From IMG/VR virus record IMGVR_UViG_3300047548_001136, positions 11,234 through 75,233 of that record: a DNA stretch of 64,000 nt. The stretch is one strand, 5' to 3'. The notes beneath the pieces were generated by a model that saw only the letters and a list, made by a program, of their open reading frames with translations, searched no databases and had not been told where the DNA came from. Made by a program: the position numbers and the translations under genes. Below are positions 47,168 through 58,175 of the stretch, piece by piece (the stretch's first letter is position 1; each line of letters opens with the position of its first letter). This DNA is from a virus.

Positions 47168-47854
47168 ATGTTACTCAATCCCCTTTATGAGTACTCGAGT
47201 ATTAAGCGAGTACAGTCAGAGCTTGGTCGTCAATATCTTACCCCCGATGGCATCAAAGTACCTAGTGTAACAACAGTACTTGATAAAACAAAACCAATTG
47301 AAAAAGTACAAGCATTAAACGAATGGCGTAAGCGTGTAGGACACGATAAGGCAGCAGAAATAACAAAAAATGCTGCAAGTCGCGGAACTATAATGCACAA
47401 GCGTTTAGAAGAATTCATTGCTGGGGAAATGAAGGAACCTGGCTCAAACGTTGTTCATGCCCAAGCAGCTAAAATGGCTGATGCAATTATTGAACAATAT
47501 ATGAAACCATTTGTTAATGAAGTTTGGGGAAGCGAAGTAAATCTATATTATACTGGTCTTTATGCTGGCACAACAGATTGTGTTGGTGTTTGGAAAGGTA
47601 AACCAGCTATTATGGATTTTAAGCAAACTAACAAACCAAAAAAGCGTGAATGGATCGACGACTACTTCCTACAGTTATCGGCATATGCTCATGCACACAA
47701 TCACATTCATGGTACTGATATTAAACAGGGTGTTATTTTAATGTGTTCAGGAGATCTTGAAACACAACTATTTGAACTTAATTTAGAAGAGTTTGAAAAG
47801 TACAGTGAATTGTGGTGGAAAAGAGTTGAGCAGTATCATTTAAATTTATCATAA
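47168..47854 (+). CDS. PD-(D/E)XK exonuclease
   Basis: PSVTTVL, RGT.MH, SE..LY, AGTTD, IMDFK, QLSAY. Confidence 0.88.
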   Translation: MLLNPLYEYSSIKRVQSELGRQYLTPDGIKVPSVTTVLDKTKPIEKVQALNEWRKRVGHDKAAEITKNAASRGTIMHKRLEEFIAGEMKEPGSNVVHAQAAKMADAIIEQYMKPFVNEVWGSEVNLYYTGLYAGTTDCVGVWKGKPAIMDFKQTNKPKKREWIDDYFLQLSAYAHAHNHIHGTDIKQGVILMCSGDLETQLFELNLEEFEKYSELWWKRVEQYHLNLS

Positions 47855-47880
47855 ATACTAGCATATAGTAGGATAAAGAT

Positions 47881-49458
47881 ATGCCAATAATCAGTATTAG
47901 TAGAATACAACATAGATATGGTTTAAGCGAAAATTTACCACAGCTTGCCGCAGCAGAGTTTGGTTGGGCTATAGATCAGCGCAGATTGTTTATTGGCAAT
48001 GGTCCTACCGCAGAGGGCGCGCCGCAAATTGGTAATACAGAAATCTTAACACAATACAGTAATTTGTTAGAGGTTGCTCAAAATTCCTACACATATAAAG
48101 ATGTAGCAGCAGGTTATCAAGCTATAACAGGTGAAAGTCTATCATCACCAGTTACTAGAAGTTTACAAGAAAAGCTTGACGATGTTGCAAGCGTTAGAGA
48201 TTACGGCGCAAAAGGAAATGGAATTGATGATGATACTGTATACATTAATAGAGCGTTAGCTGATTTGTATACTAGAGATTCTAACCCATCAACACGAAGA
48301 GTTTTATATTTTCCAGCAGGAAACTATATAGTTAACGATACAATTAAAATCCCATCCTTTGCTACAATACAAGGTGAAGGTAAAAACTGCACTATTATTA
48401 CTGCTAGAGATAGCTTTGCAAATTGTGTAGCCCGTTTAGCTGACAGTAAAATGCAAGTTGGAGAAAATGTTGGTGCAAATGGTGCAGTATTGCCTAGTTA
48501 CATTTCAATAAACGATATAACATTTAACGCTAACTTTTTATCAATGGATGTTTTCATCATTAATTCTGCGTCATCTGTAATATTTAGAAACGTAGCATTT
48601 TCAGGCGGATTAGGCGAAGCACCAACTACATCTGGTTCTTTGCTTTCTACATTAAGAATTTATAGCAGTGCGATTAACCACACAAAGAACATTATTTTTG
48701 ATAATTGCGAATTTAAAGAAAGCAATTATGCTGCAATATTAGATGACGATATGGAAAACATCGTATTTGATAAGTGTTATTTTAATAAGCTCTATCTTGG
48801 ATTTAAGATAGGTGAAGATACTACTGGTAGCGGAAAAAGCATTGTTGGTCCATTGGGGTTAAGAATAACAAATAGCTTGTTTGATGAAATTTTTAATTCT
48901 GCTATTGTAAATTATAAAACAGCAAAAGTTACAAGTGCATTCAATGCATACTTAAGTGCTGGCGATCAAAATATTTCTTCACCTGCATACCCAGTTATTA
49001 TTTTCCAAGATTTTGGTGGATCGAGTATTTGTGATACTTTTACAAGAAGCGAAACATCTGCAATACCACGCATTGATTACAGCAATACCAAATCTGTTTT
49101 CATTGAAGCATCACAAGGCGTTTTCATTGGAAAAAGACAAATTTCAACAGGTGATATTAAAACACTAACTAACAACACTAGTAATACTAGTTCTGGTATT
49201 GTTTTCAACGTTTCACAGAAAGCACAAAAGTTAAATTACATTGCATCTAGAGGAACTGGTGTTAGAAACGGTGTACTAGAGATCGTTGCTACTGCTACTG
49301 GTATTACATACAGTGATTCATTTACTGAAAACGGAACTGATATTGGATTAACGTTGACTGCTACAGTTTCTGGATCAGATGTAACTGTTAATTATACAAC
49401 AACAAACACTGGTGCAGATGTTTCATTCTCTTATAGCGTGGATCGCAATCTAACTTGA
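47881..49458 (+). CDS. tail/tailspike-like protein with pectin-lyase-like beta-helix
   Basis: N-terminal IQHRYG..LPQL..AEFGW..D.RRLFIGNG; SVRDYGAKGNG.DDDT, LYFPAGNY. Confidence 0.75.
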   Translation: MPIISISRIQHRYGLSENLPQLAAAEFGWAIDQRRLFIGNGPTAEGAPQIGNTEILTQYSNLLEVAQNSYTYKDVAAGYQAITGESLSSPVTRSLQEKLDDVASVRDYGAKGNGIDDDTVYINRALADLYTRDSNPSTRRVLYFPAGNYIVNDTIKIPSFATIQGEGKNCTIITARDSFANCVARLADSKMQVGENVGANGAVLPSYISINDITFNANFLSMDVFIINSASSVIFRNVAFSGGLGEAPTTSGSLLSTLRIYSSAINHTKNIIFDNCEFKESNYAAILDDDMENIVFDKCYFNKLYLGFKIGEDTTGSGKSIVGPLGLRITNSLFDEIFNSAIVNYKTAKVTSAFNAYLSAGDQNISSPAYPVIIFQDFGGSSICDTFTRSETSAIPRIDYSNTKSVFIEASQGVFIGKRQISTGDIKTLTNNTSNTSSGIVFNVSQKAQKLNYIASRGTGVRNGVLEIVATATGITYSDSFTENGTDIGLTLTATVSGSDVTVNYTTTNTGADVSFSYSVDRNLT

Positions 49459-49907
49459 TTTGGCACGACATTAATTGTCGAGATCGTATTTTAAAGTGGC
49501 GTGAGTGGCGTAATGCCCTCACGCCCATGTCTCTTGAAGATTGCTTAAAAGAAGTAGCAAATGCGTGGGCAAAAGCACCGCTCGTAAATCATTATCTAAC
49601 ACCTGATGATTTAAATGAACTACCAGATCCTTGGAATCTAATAAATGATAATATCTATTGTGATTTAGGGATATCCCTTGGTATGGTATATACACTCTCT
49701 TTATGCGATAATCCCCATATAACTGATGAAATAACCTTAGAGGTTTATCAATCCAACGAAGGTTGGATTAATTTATGCTCGGTCAACTCGGGATTATACA
49801 TGCTTAATTGGGCACCTAGAACTGTCGTAAATAAATCCACGATCCCCAATTTAGGGAATCCAATTTTTGCATACACAAAAATTGACCTAGCAAACAAGTT
49901 AAACTAA
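49455..49907 (+). CDS. hypothetical protein
   Basis: PDPWNLI.DN.YC motif; TTG start overlapping upstream stop. Confidence 0.65.
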   Translation: MIWHDINCRDRILKWREWRNALTPMSLEDCLKEVANAWAKAPLVNHYLTPDDLNELPDPWNLINDNIYCDLGISLGMVYTLSLCDNPHITDEITLEVYQSNEGWINLCSVNSGLYMLNWAPRTVVNKSTIPNLGNPIFAYTKIDLANKLN

Positions 49908-49933
49908 ACTATTAATCTATTAAAGGAAGTTCT

Positions 49934-52237
49934 ATGAATAAGATTCAAGTAACAAAGCGCAATGGCGCCAAAGAGGATTTAAACCTCGATAAACTACACA
50001 AGGTAGTTTTTTGGGCAACAGAAGGTATCGCTGGCGTGAGCGCAAGCGAAGTTGAATTACGTAGCCAAATTCAATTCTATAATAATATTAAGAGCACAGA
50101 AATCCAAGAGATGCTCATTAAATCTGCTGCAGATTTAATTACAGAGGATACACCAAACTATCAGTATGTTGCCGGTCGTTTAATCAATTTTCATTTGCGT
50201 AAACAAGTTTATAATCGCTTTCAACCATGGTCGTTACTTGACGTTGTTAAAAAGAATATAGAACGTGGACTTTATGATTCAGAGCTAATCAAATACTACA
50301 CAGAAGAAGAATGGAATAAGCTTGATGGATATATCAAGCATGATCGTGATATGGAACTTACCTATGTAGCAATGGAACAGCTACGTGGTAAGTACCTAGT
50401 ACAGAATCGTGTAACAGGTGAAATCTATGAAACACCCCAAGTAGCATACATGCTTATTGCTGCTACATTATTTGCAAATTATTCAAAGGAGACAAGACTT
50501 GCTTGGGTTAGGGATTATTACGAAGCTATTAGTAAACACGACATCAGCCTCCCAACACCAGTCATGGCAGGCGTTAGAACACCACAACGACAATTTAGCT
50601 CCTGCGTCCTCATTGAAACCGCAGACAGCCTCGACAGCATTAACGCAACAGCAAGTTCAATCGTCAAGTACGTTTCTCAAAAGGCTGGTATCGGCATTGG
50701 GGCAGGTAGTATTCGCGCTATTAATTCTCCTATACGTAATGGCGATACCGCTCATACTGGCGTTATCCCATTCTTCAAATATTTTCAATCAGCCGTTAAG
50801 TCTTGTTCACAAGGTGGTGTACGAGGCGGAGCAGCCACTCTCTACTATCCAATTTGGCATTTTGAAGTAGAAGATCTACTAGTATTAAAGAACAACAAAG
50901 GTACAGATGATACTCGTGTCCGTCACATGGATTATGGAATACAGTTTAACAAGCTAATGTATGAGCGACTGCTAACTGGCGGCGATATTACATTGTTCTC
51001 ACCTAATGATGTACCTGGTCTTTATGAAGCATTTTTCAATGACCAAGATAGATTCCGTGAACTATATGAAACAGCAGAACGTAATACACGCATTCGTAAA
51101 AAGAAGGTAAAAGCATCGGACTTGTTTAGTTCATTTATGGGGGAGCGTAAAGATACAGGTCGCATCTACTTACAAAATGTTGACCACAGCAATACGCACA
51201 GTTCATTTGATGAAAAGAAGTGGCCTGTTAAGCAGTCAAATCTTTGTGCAGAAATTACACTACCAACTCGCCCACTAAACGACATTAATGACGAAGATGG
51301 TCGTATTGCACTTTGCACATTGTCTGCCATTAACTGGGGTAATATCAAAGATCCAAAAGATTTTGAAAAACCATGCACACTAGCTATTCGCGGACTTGAT
51401 GCACTACTAAGCTATCAAAATTATCCAGTTAAGGCTGCACAACTATCAACAAGGGATTTCCGTCCACTTGGTGTTGGTATTATTAACCTTGCATACTTCC
51501 TTGCAAAGAACGATGTAACTTATAGTGATCCAAGAGCACTTACACTTGTGGATGAATATGCAGAAGCTTGGTCATATTATCTCATTAAGGCTAGTGCTGA
51601 TCTTGCAGCAGAGCAAGGCGCATGTGAACTAAGCAGCGATACAAAGTATGCACAAGGTATTGTACCAGCCGACACACGTAAGACAGATATTGATGAACTA
51701 GTTGCACACAACGAACGTATGCCATGGAATGTTCTACGCGAACAGCTAAAGACAACCGGTATTCGTAATGCAACTGTTATGGCGCTTATGCCAGCAGAAA
51801 CAAGCGCACAGATTGCAAATGCAACGAACGGCATTGAACCACCAAGAGCCTATGTTTCAGTTAAGCAGTCTAAGCATGGTGTGCTTAAGCAAGTTGTTCC
51901 AGGTTATCCAAGACTCAAGAACAAGTATGAATTACTATGGGATCAAAAGTCACCAGAAGGTTACTTAAAGATTTGTGCAGTACTACAGAAGTGGATTGAT
52001 CAATCCATTTCAACTAATACCTCTTACAACCCAACTTTCTACGAAGATGATAAGATTCCAATGAGTGAAATGCTTAAGCATCTTGTACTTTGTTACAAAT
52101 ATGGTATTAAGACACTTTATTACTTCAATACATATGATGGTGCAGGTGAGGTAGATGTTGACAAGATGGTCGCTAAAACTGTAGAATTAGCACCAGTAGT
52201 AACAGATGATGAATCTTGCGATAGTTGTGTAATTTAA
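49934..52237 (+). CDS. nrdA: ribonucleotide reductase class Ia alpha subunit with ATP cone
   Basis: VTKRNG, QFSSC, SQGGVRGG, SNLCAEI, TLYY, C-terminal CDSC. Confidence 0.97.
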   Translation: MNKIQVTKRNGAKEDLNLDKLHKVVFWATEGIAGVSASEVELRSQIQFYNNIKSTEIQEMLIKSAADLITEDTPNYQYVAGRLINFHLRKQVYNRFQPWSLLDVVKKNIERGLYDSELIKYYTEEEWNKLDGYIKHDRDMELTYVAMEQLRGKYLVQNRVTGEIYETPQVAYMLIAATLFANYSKETRLAWVRDYYEAISKHDISLPTPVMAGVRTPQRQFSSCVLIETADSLDSINATASSIVKYVSQKAGIGIGAGSIRAINSPIRNGDTAHTGVIPFFKYFQSAVKSCSQGGVRGGAATLYYPIWHFEVEDLLVLKNNKGTDDTRVRHMDYGIQFNKLMYERLLTGGDITLFSPNDVPGLYEAFFNDQDRFRELYETAERNTRIRKKKVKASDLFSSFMGERKDTGRIYLQNVDHSNTHSSFDEKKWPVKQSNLCAEITLPTRPLNDINDEDGRIALCTLSAINWGNIKDPKDFEKPCTLAIRGLDALLSYQNYPVKAAQLSTRDFRPLGVGIINLAYFLAKNDVTYSDPRALTLVDEYAEAWSYYLIKASADLAAEQGACELSSDTKYAQGIVPADTRKTDIDELVAHNERMPWNVLREQLKTTGIRNATVMALMPAETSAQIANATNGIEPPRAYVSVKQSKHGVLKQVVPGYPRLKNKYELLWDQKSPEGYLKICAVLQKWIDQSISTNTSYNPTFYEDDKIPMSEMLKHLVLCYKYGIKTLYYFNTYDGAGEVDVDKMVAKTVELAPVVTDDESCDSCVI

Positions 52238-52246
52238 GAGGAAATT

Positions 52247-53359
52247 ATGAGCGTATTTGATATTGAAAATAAAAGCGACCACACTAAAAGTTTGGCGTTC
52301 CTTGATTCAAACGGTGGAGTAACTATTCAACGTTATGATACTATGAAGTATCCCGCAATCGATAAGCTAACTGACAAGCAGCTTAGTTTCTTTTGGCGAC
52401 CAGAAGAAGTAGATACATTGCGTGATGCTAAGGACTTTAAGTCGCTTACTGCTCATGAACAGCATATTTTCACAAGTAATCTCAAGAGACAAATTCTATT
52501 GGACTCAGTACAGGGCCGCGCACCAAGCGTGGCCTTTGGTCCTATCTGTTCTCTTCCAGAACTTGAGAATTGGATTACAACATGGACTTTTAGTGAAACA
52601 ATTCACTCACGTTCATATACACACATTATTCGCAATGTGTATGCTAATCCAAGCGTAATTTTTGATGAGCTAATGGATATTGAGGAGATTGTTGATTGTG
52701 CTAAGGACATTAGTAAGAACTACGATGAACTAATTCACTATAATAATGTTCTTGCTACACTACCAAAAACATATGAAGAAACACCTGATGCTGCTTACAA
52801 GCATAAGCGAGCACTATGGCTTGCACTTATGAGTGTAAACATTCTTGAAGGTGTTCGTTTCTATGTAAGCTTTGCTTGCTCTTGGGCATTTGCTGAAACA
52901 AAGAGAATGGAAGGCAATGCTAAGATTATTAAGTTTATTGCAAGAGATGAAAATCTTCACTTGGCGGGGACGCAACTTTTGCTAAAAACACTTCCAAAGG
53001 ATGATCCTGTATTTGTGAAAATTGCAGAGGAAACTAAAGAAGAATCGATTAAGATGTTTGTTGATGCTGCTAACCAAGAAAAAGCATGGGCAAAATATCT
53101 ATTTAAAGACGGATCAATGATCGGTCTCAATGAACAATTGTTAAATGAATATGTTGAGTGGATTACTGCTCGTCGTATGCAAAGCGTAGGTCTACCATCT
53201 CCATACAAGATTGGATCAAACCCTCTTCCTTGGACACAAAAGTGGATTAGCGGCATGGAAGTACAAGTTGCCCCACAAGAAACAGAAATTTCAAGTTATA
53301 CAATTGGCGCCGTAAAACAGGACGTAAACGAAAACACATTTAAAGGAATAAGCCTATGA
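52247..53359 (+). CDS. nrdB: ribonucleotide reductase class Ia beta subunit
   Basis: FFWRPEE, ETIHSRSY, LEGVRFY, RDENLH, VAPQE. Confidence 0.97.
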   Translation: MSVFDIENKSDHTKSLAFLDSNGGVTIQRYDTMKYPAIDKLTDKQLSFFWRPEEVDTLRDAKDFKSLTAHEQHIFTSNLKRQILLDSVQGRAPSVAFGPICSLPELENWITTWTFSETIHSRSYTHIIRNVYANPSVIFDELMDIEEIVDCAKDISKNYDELIHYNNVLATLPKTYEETPDAAYKHKRALWLALMSVNILEGVRFYVSFACSWAFAETKRMEGNAKIIKFIARDENLHLAGTQLLLKTLPKDDPVFVKIAEETKEESIKMFVDAANQEKAWAKYLFKDGSMIGLNEQLLNEYVEWITARRMQSVGLPSPYKIGSNPLPWTQKWISGMEVQVAPQETEISSYTIGAVKQDVNENTFKGISL

Positions 53360-53610
53360 AGACACTCACAGTATATACAAAACCAGGTTGCCAATATTGC
53401 TCTGCCGCTAAACAGTATCTTAACGATCACGGTATTGATTATGTAGAAGTAGACATTACAGTTAATGAGGACAAAGCTAATTGGCTTCGTTCACAAGGGC
53501 ATCGTACACTTCCTGTAATTTATGCAGGAGACGAACCACTTATTAATGGTGGTTGGACTACATTAAAGACTATGCACAAGCATGAAATTATGGAAAGGTT
53601 AGCAGCTTAA
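53356..53610 (+). CDS. glutaredoxin
   Basis: YTKPGCQYC, RTLPVI, GG. Confidence 0.9.
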   Translation: MKTLTVYTKPGCQYCSAAKQYLNDHGIDYVEVDITVNEDKANWLRSQGHRTLPVIYAGDEPLINGGWTTLKTMHKHEIMERLAA

Positions 53611-53957
53611 TGCTTCTTAATAAAAGTTACAATCAAGGCGATGTGGTTACTTTCAAACTAATAACTGGTGAGGAAGTAATCGCTTGTTACCAAGGTGAAA
53701 CAATGGCTGAGTTTATTGTTACAAAACCAGTAACACTTGCGCCAACACCTCAGGGCAGTTTAGGTATGCTTCCAAGCATGTTTTCTGTAGAGTTAAATAC
53801 AGTTAATATAAACTTGCAAAGAAATGCAGTAGCTATGTCCGCGCTTACTCGCAAAGAAGTAAGTGATGAATACACTCGCGGAACAAGCGGCATTAAACCA
53901 GCAAGCAGTTTGGAAGGATTGCTCGATGCCAAAAGTACACAGGGTAGGGGACCGTAA
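53610..53957 (+). CDS. small beta-barrel (Sm-like) phage protein
   Basis: VVTFKLITGEEVIA; ends Y...TSGI. Confidence 0.6.
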   Translation: MLLNKSYNQGDVVTFKLITGEEVIACYQGETMAEFIVTKPVTLAPTPQGSLGMLPSMFSVELNTVNINLQRNAVAMSALTRKEVSDEYTRGTSGIKPASSLEGLLDAKSTQGRGP

Positions 53958-54210
53958 TTCTGCAGGTGGCAGAATAATAAGCGGTGATAAATCAATGATT
54001 ATTGACGGGCGCCCAGTTGCTCCAATTGGGAGCCCAGTCAGCCCTCATAAACCATGTCCCGAAGTGAAAAAGCATTGCAAAGCAAAAACCGACGAAGGTT
54101 CAAGTTCATTTATTGTGGGCGGTAAAAAAGTTACAATAGAAACAAATAAAGATACTTGTGGTCATCCTAGGGTTGCAGGCAGTCCAACATTCATTGTGGG
54201 TAAAAGTTAA
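53926..54210 (+). CDS. PAAR-like baseplate spike tip protein
   Basis: HRVGD, GRPVA..G, H..C..H, DTCGH..AGS. Confidence 0.8.
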   Translation: MPKVHRVGDRNSAGGRIISGDKSMIIDGRPVAPIGSPVSPHKPCPEVKKHCKAKTDEGSSSFIVGGKKVTIETNKDTCGHPRVAGSPTFIVGKS

Positions 54211-54212
54211 TT

Positions 54213-57200
54213 ATGGCAGAAACAAATACAACTAACACAGCAACAGATGCAGCAAAAAATGCAGTAGCACCAGCATTGCCTTCTGGGTCAGCAGGCGGTG
54301 CAGCTCTAGGTTCTTTCTCAGATCCAAAAGCAGTAGCAGAAAGAGCTGCAAATCAAGCACTTGGTAAACAATCAGGCACAGATCCTTGCGCTAATGGTGG
54401 CCAGGGTAACGGACAAGCTACTAGCAGAGGTAATGGTCCAAGATCAGGTGTATACAACGGAATTAAAGGCCCTGTATCTGGATTACAAGGTAGTTTAGAT
54501 AAATGGAACGCTGCACACGCAGACACTGGATTAAAAGCTTATGCGTTTTCTGGCGTTGGTTCACGTAGCGTTGGCAGCTCTAAGCATCCAAGCGGTAATG
54601 CAGTTGACGTTGTAATTGTAGATAAAAATGGTTGCGCTTTAAACAACCTATACAATGGCGATACACCTTCATTTAGAGCATACGAATCTTTAGCCAGTCA
54701 AGTTTGTCAAGACTCGGGTGGAGCAATTGGGTGGGGTGGTAATTTTGGTGGTGACTATTATCACGATACTATGCACTTCCAGAATGGTGGTCCAGTAGGA
54801 CAAAGAGGAAGAGTCTGCGAAGGCAAGGCAAATCCTTATACTCCTAATAACTCAGACCCAGGTAATACACGGTATGATGGGCCAACAACTTGTCAAGAAG
54901 CTAACGGCGGAACTGGTGAATCTAGAGGAAGCGCTGGCGGCGGCGGAGGTGGCGGTTGTGGAGAAGGTTCAGGTGGCGGTTGTAAACCTATTTCTTCTGG
55001 TGCAGCAGCCGCAGCATCAAGTATGTCACAAGGTCAAGGACTTGGTGTAAATGGAGCAATGGGAGCCGCACTAGGTGCATTTGGTGCTATGGGAGCAAAT
55101 CCAATGGCTGCTGCACAAGGTCTTATGCAACAAGCATTGGGGGCCGCAGCAGGTCCTATTGGTTCTATGCTATCTGGTGGATTAGCTAATCCGCTTACAC
55201 AAATAACAAGTCAAATTTCAGGATTAGTTCAAGGTATTGGCGGTGGAATATTACCGAGCTTAACAGGTGTAATTCCTGCTGCATTACAAGGTGGCAATTT
55301 AACAGGTCTTATGACTGATGTTATTAAAAATCAAGCTACTTCATTAATTGGACAAAATATGCCTAACTTAGGTGGTTTTGGTCAAGTGTTTAATGGTGCA
55401 ATGGGTGCAGCCGCAAGTGGTGCAGATTTAAAAGGTGCATTAACAGGATCGGTAAGTCAAGTTTTTGGTAATGCCGCGAACGGTCCATTAGGTAGTGCGT
55501 CATTGAGTGCTGCTGCCGCTGTAACAAACACACAGTTGCCAGGATTTGATATATCAAGTAAGTTAACTGCACTAGGTATTACAAATGAATCTTCACAAGA
55601 AGGCATTGCCGATAATCTTGTATTTGTTGAAGTGAAACTTCAAAATTCTGTAGAAAACAAAAAAGATTTTACACTTCCATTTAAAGAAGCATTAGAAGAA
55701 TTAATTAACAAACCAACATTTGATGGTTTTACATCAATGTATCATGATTACAATTCTATGATAACACAGGGATTTGGTAATCTAAGTAATGATTTAAATG
55801 CTCTTGCAATTGATTTAATAAGCTTAGGTAAACTAGGCGACCTAACTGATTTATTAAACATTGGTACACCCGGACAACTTATAAGACAAATTATTGAACA
55901 CGGTCACGGTATTACATCTGGTTTAACAAGCAAACTAGTTGAACACAAATTAACATTAGCAGAGTTACAAAGGGATGAAAACCACGATTTATTGATAGAA
56001 ATTTTAACTGACATCAATGATGAAGAGGTTATTAATCAAATTAAAACAGCATTTGAAATTAACCCTTCAGTAAACATTAAAACTCTTGCTGATTTACTTG
56101 ATCCAGAAATAATTTTTTCTAATAGCTACGAATATAATAAGTTTGAAAACTTGCGTGATATTGCATTAACTCTTTCAATTTGTGGTGGAACTGGAAGATT
56201 AAAAACTTTGCGAGAACTTGGATTTATTATAGCTAGTCTTGAAACAGTTGAGGATTATGAGGAACTTGCACAGGAAAGTCAACCAATTAGAATTGATGAG
56301 TATGTACAATTAAGTTATGATATGCCTTCAAATAGTTGGTTTAGTAGTGAAGGACCAACTGTTGCAGACTTTATTGGATCAATGGCAGGTTATGTACATA
56401 ATGATACGCTACCAAAAATAGATGCACTTCTACAAGAATTGTATGATGATTCTGTTACTGATGATCTATATGAATTAATGGGGTTGTTAACAGATACACT
56501 AACTGCGCCAACAATTGTTAATGTACTTGGTATAGATTATGTGAGAGTTCCTGCAGTATCAGTATATACATTTGGTGATTACCTAACATTAGATGACGCG
56601 GTATCAGATATTGTTGATGCTATTGAGTATGATTTAGATTTTATTAAAACACTTTCAAATGCAGATCCAGATTTAGAAAACAAACTTTACGAGCTCGAAG
56701 CATTACATACTATGAGTGCAGAGTTCTTAGCACACGAACAAAAGATGCGTGGAAAGTATGGCATTGAGTTTGGAGATCCAAACAGGACAACTCATTATAG
56801 AGGTGACGGTGTTACAACTAACTTCCCGCTATATAGTACCGTTGCATCTGGTCTTCAAGTAAGTTTAAGCGGAGTACAACAAGCTGAGGGATTAAATTAT
56901 ACCTACAATTCTACTACTAATCAACTCGTGTTTGATACTCCACCTTCTGTAGGTACATTAATTACTGCAAAGTACCAAGTTGATTCTGTAAAAGTAGAAT
57001 CAAAGATAGTTGATATTTGGCAACTTGCAAATAGTTTAGAGTCATTGGCATTAGATACAGGTCATGGTCGCCCGGCAGATTTCTTAAGCAGGCTAGTTAC
57101 AAACGATTATCATGGTCAACGTATTGATGCAATTATGAAGCAGAGCAGAAACGTTCAAAGATTAAGCAATTATGGCATGGCCCCGCCAGCATATGGTTAT

Positions 57201-57824
57201 GTGTTAACTGACGGTAGCGATGCAAACAAGTCAGTTAACTTTATTGATCACACTGGAATTTGGACACCAAACCCAACTCGCGCTGGTGAAATTTGGGTAC
57301 AAAACGCTACTGATAAAATGTATAACGCATATGTTTTAGATAGAATTAAAAATCAACAAACTACTATTCAAAGTGATGTTGATATTTTGATACAAAACAT
57401 AATACGTCAAATGATTTTCTATGTTGATGGCAACTTAATAATGAGTGATGCATTAGCAGAAGTTTATAACAATAATCAAAATAATGAAATATATGTACGA
57501 TCTGTGGATGAACTAGCTATAGGATATGCATATGAGTTACCTACAGATGGTTACATTATTGGTCCTTACAAAGAAATTGTTTCAGCAATTATTAGTAAGG
57601 AAAATTTGACCAATGATGTATTCAATCAAAAACTATCTAATTCAACTGAAGAATATTTGGATTCAATTGGAGTTAGATTGGACTTAGTAGTTACTATATT
57701 ACAACGAATATTAACTGCAAGTGCATCTTTCCATTTAGGTATGATGGAAGGAGATTTCCAAGATATCTTTGGTGTCCAAAGTGTAAGTAAGGCATTGCTA
57801 CAAAATATTGCCAATAATTACTAA
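54213..57824 (+). CDS. large baseplate/tail-associated protein with M15-like peptidoglycan peptidase domain
   Basis: S.H..GNAVD and WGGNF...DTMHFQ motifs; Gly/Ala-rich region; GDGVTTNFPL..LVFDTPP structural module; adjacent to PAAR. Confidence 0.7.
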   Translation: MAETNTTNTATDAAKNAVAPALPSGSAGGAALGSFSDPKAVAERAANQALGKQSGTDPCANGGQGNGQATSRGNGPRSGVYNGIKGPVSGLQGSLDKWNAAHADTGLKAYAFSGVGSRSVGSSKHPSGNAVDVVIVDKNGCALNNLYNGDTPSFRAYESLASQVCQDSGGAIGWGGNFGGDYYHDTMHFQNGGPVGQRGRVCEGKANPYTPNNSDPGNTRYDGPTTCQEANGGTGESRGSAGGGGGGGCGEGSGGGCKPISSGAAAAASSMSQGQGLGVNGAMGAALGAFGAMGANPMAAAQGLMQQALGAAAGPIGSMLSGGLANPLTQITSQISGLVQGIGGGILPSLTGVIPAALQGGNLTGLMTDVIKNQATSLIGQNMPNLGGFGQVFNGAMGAAASGADLKGALTGSVSQVFGNAANGPLGSASLSAAAAVTNTQLPGFDISSKLTALGITNESSQEGIADNLVFVEVKLQNSVENKKDFTLPFKEALEELINKPTFDGFTSMYHDYNSMITQGFGNLSNDLNALAIDLISLGKLGDLTDLLNIGTPGQLIRQIIEHGHGITSGLTSKLVEHKLTLAELQRDENHDLLIEILTDINDEEVINQIKTAFEINPSVNIKTLADLLDPEIIFSNSYEYNKFENLRDIALTLSICGGTGRLKTLRELGFIIASLETVEDYEELAQESQPIRIDEYVQLSYDMPSNSWFSSEGPTVADFIGSMAGYVHNDTLPKIDALLQELYDDSVTDDLYELMGLLTDTLTAPTIVNVLGIDYVRVPAVSVYTFGDYLTLDDAVSDIVDAIEYDLDFIKTLSNADPDLENKLYELEALHTMSAEFLAHEQKMRGKYGIEFGDPNRTTHYRGDGVTTNFPLYSTVASGLQVSLSGVQQAEGLNYTYNSTTNQLVFDTPPSVGTLITAKYQVDSVKVESKIVDIWQLANSLESLALDTGHGRPADFLSRLVTNDYHGQRIDAIMKQSRNVQRLSNYGMAPPAYGYVLTDGSDANKSVNFIDHTGIWTPNPTRAGEIWVQNATDKMYNAYVLDRIKNQQTTIQSDVDILIQNIIRQMIFYVDGNLIMSDALAEVYNNNQNNEIYVRSVDELAIGYAYELPTDGYIIGPYKEIVSAIISKENLTNDVFNQKLSNSTEEYLDSIGVRLDLVVTILQRILTASASFHLGMMEGDFQDIFGVQSVSKALLQNIANNY

Positions 57825-57865
57825 AAATTGGTTGCATAAAAACGAGTTGATTGTATAACGTAGTT

Positions 57866-58165
57866 ATGGAACACAATTTCTTTTATGATTTTACGGATTG
57901 GAATCAAAAGCGCGGGACGCTTTGGAAATCAATTCAATTGAGGGGCGAGGGTGCTGAAATGGCACACGCATGGCGAGATCATAGTATGCTTTACAAGTTG
58001 ATGACTAATGCAGACCAGTATGCAATGCATATTGCACGAGAAGAAACTAATTGTCGTCGGCTTAAAAAGCAAACTACTCGTCATCGTAAGTTAATCAAAA
58101 CATTTGAAGAAACTGTCCAAACTTTAGAGGACATGGCTATTATGTATAGATTGACCTACGCATAA
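57866..58165 (+). CDS. hypothetical protein
   Basis: Helical ORF after a TTGCAT..TATAAC promoter-like sequence. Confidence 0.65.
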   Translation: MEHNFFYDFTDWNQKRGTLWKSIQLRGEGAEMAHAWRDHSMLYKLMTNADQYAMHIAREETNCRRLKKQTTRHRKLIKTFEETVQTLEDMAIMYRLTYA

Positions 58166-58175
58166 ATATCCCGAC

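Noticed and set aside
49934-53359. Inteins or introns in nrdA/nrdB
   Set aside because: Both genes have normal length and continuous motifs.
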